Assembly: GCF_009914755.1 (NCBI RefSeq)
Contig: NC_060932.1
Source of the DNA: the human T2T-CHM13v2.0 reference genome, Homo sapiens
Strand: one strand, 5' to 3'
DNA: 64,000 nucleotides
Every line of letters starts with the position of its first letter. Within the stretch, counting starts at the first letter, position 1. Made by a program: the position numbers and the translations under genes. Shown here piece after piece: positions 56,673 to 64,000 of this stretch. The notes beneath the pieces were generated by a model. The model was not told the origin of the DNA. It did no database searches and saw only the letters and a program-made list of their open reading frames with translations.

Positions 56673-57777
56673 TAATGAGTAAGTTTTAATTGCATGCTGG
56701 GCATTACATACAAAAACGTTCAAATGTTATCTTTCTTTAGAGAGAGTTTGCTTTTCTCTAGGTGAGTCTGATAAAGGAGGATGCGGTCACTTTAGTCCAC
56801 TCGGGGACTGTGTGCAGTCAAGGCTGGTCTGTATGTTTGATGAGACCAAGTCTGCCTCTTATTTCCATTGTCCCTCTATAGTTTTAACTAGTAGTCTTAT
56901 ATTTCCTCAAGGTCTCCATTCTTTGTTCTTTCTAACTACATAGTTTTTTCTCTCAAGGCTTCTAGAAATTATGTTGCACAAACTCAGGATAAAAGTGGCT
57001 GCACAAGTCAGATCTCCTCTTGAAGTTTGTTTCCTCTCTCCAGCTTCCTCTGTCTCAGCAGCTCTCTATTGATTTTGAACAGATGATGTCATACTTTACT
57101 GGCTGTCCTGTGTGTGCTTCATAAGAGTGGTGGTTTCCTACTAACTACTCTGTCCTAGCATGGATGTGCAAGCACAGATTTATTTTATGATCATTATGTT
57201 TGCACCATGCCCTTATAGGTATTCATTTAATAATGTTCAATCAGGCAAATTCTACTTGAGTTTGGCAGATAGTTGGCCAGAAGCCATTACCAGTTTACTA
57301 GCAAGAGAATTTCATTTTACATAATCTACAATTAGGTTACTGTTTAATTAGTTTAATATAATATTATAATTATATGTGGATTAAATTATTGATAATTTAT
57401 TTCATTATTTTTAAATTTAAAAAATCATCTCAAATTGTCTTATTTAGGTATATGAACTAGGAAAATCCTAAATGACAGTGGTACTCTAGAACTCTTGAAC
57501 TTAAGACTGTCTATAACCAGGTAAATAACATCAGTAAAGAAATACTGTCTAAATGATGCCTGATAGAAATGTATTGATGCGGAGAAAAGAAGTGGGAAAT
57601 TGAAGGGGAAGGCTTCTTTTTTTTATAAGAAGTTAAGAAAATTGGAATAAGAAACAACAGAATGGAGAGTACTTTATAACACTGAAGAGAACAGAAATGT
57701 ATTGCATTGGAGAAGATATTTTAAGATCAGAAGTAAACATATTAAGTGTTTTGTTAGAGGGTTTTAAAGTGTAATTA

Positions 57778-58068
<291 letters not shown>

Positions 58069-58456
58069 AAAGTGTAATTATATAAATTTTGCAAGGTTAG
58101 AAATATCCCATATGATTAAGGTATAGTCTACTAAGTCAGTAAATTTAAGAGAGCCCCAACTTGCCACAATATGGGGCTTCTACCTCATTATGCGGTGTTA
58201 GAATGAGGAAATGCACATAGCAATGCAGTAGGCTATAATTAGGGAAAAAGTGACCTGAGGAGAAGTTGGAGAAAGGTTTACCTGTGGTAAATGATGATAC
58301 TGAAAGAGAACAGACATATGTATATTAATTAAACAGTTTAGTTTTGAAGCCTTGAGTGCTGGAACTTTCTGAATAATGGAGATACGTTGTCTTCCTCACT
58401 CTTGTATTTATAGTTTATGCAAATAAACTATGTGTTCGTAAATCAACATTTCTTAC

Positions 58457-58498
58457 CAGTTCAACATGGTGTCCTTATCTCTTGGAGGGAAACTTGAA
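58457..58498 (-). other. Candidate 42-nt exon
   Basis: Minus strand: gacttttctcttccag|TTCAAG...GAACTG|gtaaga. Confidence 0.3.
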
Positions 58499-58544
58499 CT
58501 GGAAGAGAAAAGTCATAATTATAATTGCTAGAGACAGCAGTAGT

Positions 58545-58695
58545 TAATTTTAATGCTCCCTTTCTGTGATAGATGCTACTCTATTATATACATTAAATAA
58601 TTGTCTCCTCATAACAACACTAGGCATCTGTGTTACAGATGAGGAGATGGAATCATAGAAAGGTTAAAACTAGCCCAGGGACACCAAGTTAATGC
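58545..58695 (-). mobile_element. MIR
   Basis: tcctcataacaacac...ttacagatgaggagatgg...gcccagggacac. Confidence 0.7.
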
Positions 58696-58764
58696 AAGCA
58701 CTAGATGTCCAGAGGAAGCACTAGATGTCTTCTCTGTTGGGCAATATCTTTCCCAAGATGTATG

Positions 58765-59045
58765 TTCTGGTCTCAGCTTAAACCTTAATGCTCAGGAGGT
58801 CTTCTGTGAACCCTGTCTGAAATAGCTGCCTCATCTGCCACTATCCATCATTGTATTTCCAATCTCTACACATTTCCAGTAACAAAAATTTGTTTTTATT
58901 TGTTTATGTAATTATTTTCTTTGTTAATATTATATACCTGCTTTATTTATTGCCATAAAATGTGAGACATTTCATTTCTTGTTTCCTTCTGTATCCACAA
59001 TAGGTACTTAATAGGCACTCAACAAATATTTGTTGAATGAAAGAA
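58765..59045 (+). mobile_element. L2 3' end
   Basis: taggcactcaacaaatatttgttgaatgaa terminus. Confidence 0.75.
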
Positions 59046-60331
59046 TTAATGTCAAATTGGTCAGTTGGCTTGGGTACAGCAATTGTAGTGTCTTGCTGCT
59101 ATGATAATCTTTCCTAGTAGCCACAATTGGCAAGAAAGGCAAAGGACACCAAATGGAACTCAGAATAGGTAGACAGGGGGATCAAGAAGGATTATTCCTC
59201 TCTGGATTGTGTGCCAAAATATGAATACTTCATTGTCTAATCAGCACAGTAGGTGCAATGGTCAATATGGTTACACTAGAATTATCTTTTCACTGGAATC
59301 AAGAGAAGGCAAGACACACTTCCATATTGAGATTAGTAAGTGGGAAGTTGGAACAAGATATATTTTTGAATGAGCAATATTTTTCCAGCATATTTGAAAT
59401 ACAGAAATGGATCACTAGAGACACTGCCTAGAGTCTCACAACCAGGAACATAAATGCCGGTGTCAGACAGCCCTGCCAGCACTGTGCTTTACCGAGTGTG
59501 TGAGCTTGGGCAGGTTACCTAATCTTCCTAATTACATCCTTGTAAATTGGCAGCAGACAGCATGTTTGCTAAGTCTTCATGGTTGTTTTCATAGGCCTCT
59601 CTTATGTGATAAACTGTGAGGGTTTTTACAATATACAACAGACATTTCAGGAAAGGTTGATGTTCAGATATAATTCATTAAAAGACACTGTCAAAGGGGG
59701 TAAAAAAGAGTTAGATACAAACCACAGAAATTTGAACTTGCAGTATCACTCAAAGAGCATTTCAAATGGGAAAAAAGTGAAAAAACAATGCTTTCATGTC
59801 TTCCCATTTCCCATCACTTTACCAGAGGAATATGAAGTCTCATAAAACTGCAAATGGAAAATAATGTATCCTGTCAAGCTTGGTTAGGTATTGGGCAGTT
59901 AAATGTCAGCTCAAAATATTTATCTTAGAGCATTTCCTAGTGATTTATTCCTTGCAAAAATGCTATGTGTAAGTATAGTAAAAAAAAAAAAAAGCCCTTT
60001 GGTATGTTGTCTGTTGTCATAAATACATCTTCTCTCTCATTTAGCACCATTATACCTTCCCTTTCATTCCTGTTTCTCACTTTCTTTTATGTCTGAGTCT
60101 TCTAGGTTTTATCTCTAACATCCCTACACTTGGTAATTGGATGTATATGTCTGAGTATTAATATATATTGAAGATTGTGCTATATTTTGAAATAGCATGA
60201 AAAAAATATGGCTCATGATTGCCACTTAAGACACCCAAAATGCAGGTCAAGCTTCATGAAGCACATGCAAAACTGAAGAACAAGGAGGGGAGTGACCGTC
60301 AAGTGGAGATTGATAATCCCCTTTTGCTGAG

Positions 60332-60555
60332 GAGCAGCATAGCATTTCGGATTGTAGGCACTGGCTTCAGCAGGCCCAGAGCTTATCACCTAAGCCTGTT
60401 GCTTATGCATGAGCTCTGGAGAGTCTGTTAACTTTCTGACTCTTAGTGTCCTTACGTGTAATAGAGTAGATGTTAATACAGTTACATTAGTGAATGACAT
60501 AAATGAAGCACTTAGTTTGGTATCTCATTCTTGTAGCTGCTCAATAACTAATATC
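60332..60555 (+). mobile_element. MIR
   Basis: gcagcatagcat...aagcacttagt...gctcaataa. Confidence 0.55.
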
Positions 60556-60609
60556 AATTGTTAGTAGTTTGAATCCCTGTTACTTCAAAACTACTGGAAT
60601 CAGTAATAA

Positions 60610-60611
<2 letters not shown>

Positions 60612-60641
<30 letters not shown>
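60612..60641 (+). repeat. (TG)15 microsatellite
   Basis: Read directly from the sequence. Confidence 0.97.
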
Positions 60642-60642
<1 letters not shown>

Positions 60643-61654
60643 TTTAAATTCTGCTTGTGTGTTCATGCCACCTATGTGTACAGGAGAAATAATTGCCTGT
60701 GCTGACTACTGAGTCTAGAGTCCCATTCAGGCCCCCATACCCATTTTGGCCTTTGTCTCGATTCTACCATGGATGGTTTTTGCTGCTGTGGAAAAGAGGG
60801 CTGCTATTTACTTGTGTGGCACTCTCTGGATTTGCATAGTCTACCACACTCATTTACGTGCATGGAAGCCCCCTTAAGAGTGCACTTTCCGGATGGCAGT
60901 TGGGCTTCTCTCAGGGAGCAAAGACACATTATGTTTCTTCAACTACACAAGAAAGTAGCCGGAAATGTCCATGCTCAGTGGGCTGTACCTGAAGTTTATG
61001 CCATGTGTCATAGATATTCCTTAGGCAGAAAATAATTTATAGAGCTCAGATTTTTCATGTTGGCATATGAAACCATGACATGTTAATATGTCATATATAA
61101 ATTATATGTTATCCCATATATTATATGATATATGATATAATACCTTTTTTTATATTGGCAGAAAAAATAGTCATATAGAATAAAGAAATATATTAGTAGG
61201 TGACAGCAGATGAAGTACTGAGATGTATTATGAAAAGCACATTTCTATTTAAATGAAAATATGTGATCTTGTAATGAAATTCAAAAGGACATAAATTCTT
61301 TCACTTCTTTGATTGAAGGATCACTGTAAAATGATCTTTACAAATTGGCATGAGTAGATCAGTTACATACAATTTTGCACTTCTAAATTTGAAGTTCTCA
61401 TAGAGGTTCCTTCAACTTTTGTCTGTAAATCTCTCAAGGGTAGAATCTGTGTCTCCTTTTAAGGGGTGATAATAAATATGTTTATGATTAATATAATTAA
61501 TTGCTGACATGATTAATGATATTCAATAAATAGTTGAGTTAATGAATTGTTCAAAAGTGGTTATTTAATAGTTGTGTCTGGTATATTTTTAAAATAATAT
61601 TTGTTCAAAAACTATCTGTATGTCCTTCACTGATTTTACTGAACAATCAATTAT

Positions 61655-61895
61655 ATATCACTTATGATATGTCGGGTAATATTCTAAGTCTCTCACATGT
61701 ATTAACTGGTTTAATTCTTATGATAACCAGAAAGTAAAAAGTTGGTGCTTTTATTAACTTATTTAACAGAAGAAGAAACTGAGAGACAGAGGCTGTAAAT
61801 TCTTTGTCTAAATTCTCATGACTGTAAGCAGCAAGCTGGAACTCATACCCAGGCAGCCCCACTCCAGACTCAGTGCCCTTCTAACAACTCAGCTG
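61655..61895 (-). mobile_element. MIR
   Basis: acagaagaagaaactgagagacagagg...gctggaactcatacccaggcagccccactccagac. Confidence 0.8.
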
Positions 61896-62200
61896 CCTCT
61901 TGTGGATGCCAGCTAAGAAAGACCACCCTGAAGACACTGGATTTTGATATTTCAAAATCCTTAAAAAGTACTCCTTAAAAAGTACAGTCTAATTTAAGGA
62001 AATTTCTTATGCATTGGTTCTTGTAAGCCAGTCACATAATTCCTTCTTGGGAGGTATTTGAGGATGAGAGAGATTTAACATTTTTTTCTGCCTCTATTTG
62101 GGTCATGCCAAATATGTCTATGTACAGTACAGTTTCAGAGGACAAGTCATCACATTTCATTTCATTTTTGGTGCATAAATGAGTCCTGTCTCTCCTACAG

Positions 62201-62271
62201 AGTTTTGGGTGGTGGAGGGAGTGGAAACTGCTAGAAAACATTTGTATAGAAGCTTCAAGGGGATGGATAAG
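62201..62271 (+). other. Candidate 71-nt exon
   Basis: tcctgtctctcctacag acceptor; AAG|GTAGGA donor; non-repeat sequence. Confidence 0.3.
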
Positions 62272-62899
62272 GTAGGAGAGAAAAAAATAATGCTCATTTT
62301 TATGGACACTAAGGTGCCCGAAATGATTTTCTGATTAAACTAACAGTGCATGCTGTCAACTCATGTGTTCAAAAAAGGTTGCTTTGGTAGCAAGCAACAA
62401 CCATAGTTTTCATAGTCATCTTCAAATGAGACAAGATATAAATATTCTTAATATTTTTAAGATACTAAGTTATCTCACAGAAAGTTACTTTATCTTCATA
62501 GCACTTTACCAGGATTATCCAAAAGAAATCAGGAGTATTTGGTGAAGTTTTTTCTATGCTTACTTGGTGGGAGAACTCCTTTACTTTTAGTAAGTGATAT
62601 CATAATCGCTGACATGTCTTTGCAAATGCATGCTTTTTAAACAATTTTCTCTATTCTATTTTTAAAAATTATTTTAAACTTCTTATTGTAATACTTTCTC
62701 TATTCACGCACGTAACATTTTTTATTTAGGAAACAGGCATGAATGCCACTTTTGTCCTTTTGCTTTTTATAAAAATAACATCTTTATGTCTTTTTTTTGG
62801 CCGAATTCGTGAGTGAAGTTTTCTCTTCATAACAATAATGTGCTCCACTGCCTTAGAATTCCATGACATCTAAGAAATATCATGTATTTATAGCAGTTG

Positions 62900-63310
62900 C
62901 AGTAATAATGATACCTACATGTAAGTGGTATCTTCAGTAAGTCACGTACTGCAGAGAGCACCCTGCGTATGCTATATAAAACAATCTTTAAAGGTCACTC
63001 TTGTTATCCTATTTTACAGACAGAGAAACAAACCTCATAAGTAACTTATGCAAGGTTTTGAAGATTGTAAATTGCAAAGCCAAAGGTTTATCTCAGCCTC
63101 CCCTTCAATAGACATCCCCATTTCACACCTTAACATTTGGCAATATTTTTACATTCTTTGTCTTTTTTCTTTTCCATAAAGTGTTTTGAGAGATAGGAAG
63201 TGCATTGACTAATAAAGAAACTGAGGTTCTGTGAAGTTCAGTGATTTTCTCAAGTGAAAAATGCTAGAGAGGTAGTTAAAAACCTGTGTGCTAGTAACCA
63301 TTGACCTTTC
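62900..63310 (-). mobile_element. MIR relics (two fragments)
   Basis: tatcctattttacagacagagaaac; gaaactgaggttctgtgaagttcagtgattttctcaag. Confidence 0.6.
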
Positions 63311-63379
63311 TCCTTAAAGACAGAAGTGAGAAGTTTGAATTATAATTGTCCTTACGTGCCATGCCTTGCATTCTCTCTC

Positions 63380-64000
63380 TTTTTTTTATTATTGTTATAC
63401 TTTAAGTTTTAGGGTACATGTGCACAACACTCAGATTCGTTACATATGTATGCATGTGCCATGTTGGTGGGCTGCACCCATTAACTCGTCATTTAGCATT
63501 AGGTATATCTCCTAATGCTATCCCTCCCCCCTCCCCCTACCCCACAACAGTCCCTGGTGTGTGATGTTCCCCTTCCTGTGTCCATGTGTTCTCATTGTTC
63601 AGTTCCTACCTATGAGTGAGAACATGCGGTGTTTGGTTTTTTGTCCTTGTGATAGTTTGCTGAGAATGGCGGTTTCCAGCTTCATCCACGTCCGTACAAA
63701 GGACATAAAGTCATCATTTTTTATGGCTGCATAGTATTCCATGGTGTGTATGTGCCACATTTTCTTAATCCAGTCTATCATTGTTGGACATTTAGGTTGG
63801 TTCCAAGTCTTTGCTATTGTGAATAGTGCCACTATAAACATACATGTGCATGTGTCTTTATAGCAGCATGATTTATAATCCTTTGGGTATATACCCAGTA
63901 ATGGGATGGCTGGGTCAAATGGTATTTCTAGTTCTAGATCCCTGAGGAATAGCCACACTGACTTCCACAATGGTTGAACTAGTTTACAGTCCCACCAACA
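63380..64000 (-). mobile_element. Young L1PA (PA2-4-like) 3' end, continuing beyond the window
   Basis: polyT then tatactttaagttttagggtacatgtgcac; gtcatttagcattaggtatatctcctaatgc; ORF 63599..63970 is the ORF2 C-terminus. Confidence 0.96.

Overview
Primate (probably human or great ape) nuclear DNA: AT-rich, no CpG island, mostly decayed transposable elements. These include a fossil ERV-L pol region with an adjacent LTR (1-2.9 kb), long old L1M tracts with nested LTRs and Alus, an L1MA with 5'UTR but lacking ORF1 (14.5-20.1 kb), two twin-primed (5'-inverted) L1PA insertions with target-site duplications (TSDs), eight Alus plus a monomer, MaLR/ERVL solo LTRs, MER1B, MER8, L2/MIR relics and several microsatellites. 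I recognise no intact protein-coding gene: the longer ORFs are L1 ORF2 remnants, Alu/LTR read-throughs or low-complexity artefacts. I see no prokaryotic-type system, CRISPR array or RNA gene. The most interesting unexplained signal is a chain of small, strongly bounded candidate exons in the non-repeat islands on the + strand (87, 34 and 14 nt plus a terminal exon with AATAAA). They join into one open frame (40-aa sORF), but this is unproven without transcript data. Several templated-insertion or micro-inversion scars are also visible. Subfamily names come from recalled consensus sequences, and boundaries without a TSD are approximate.
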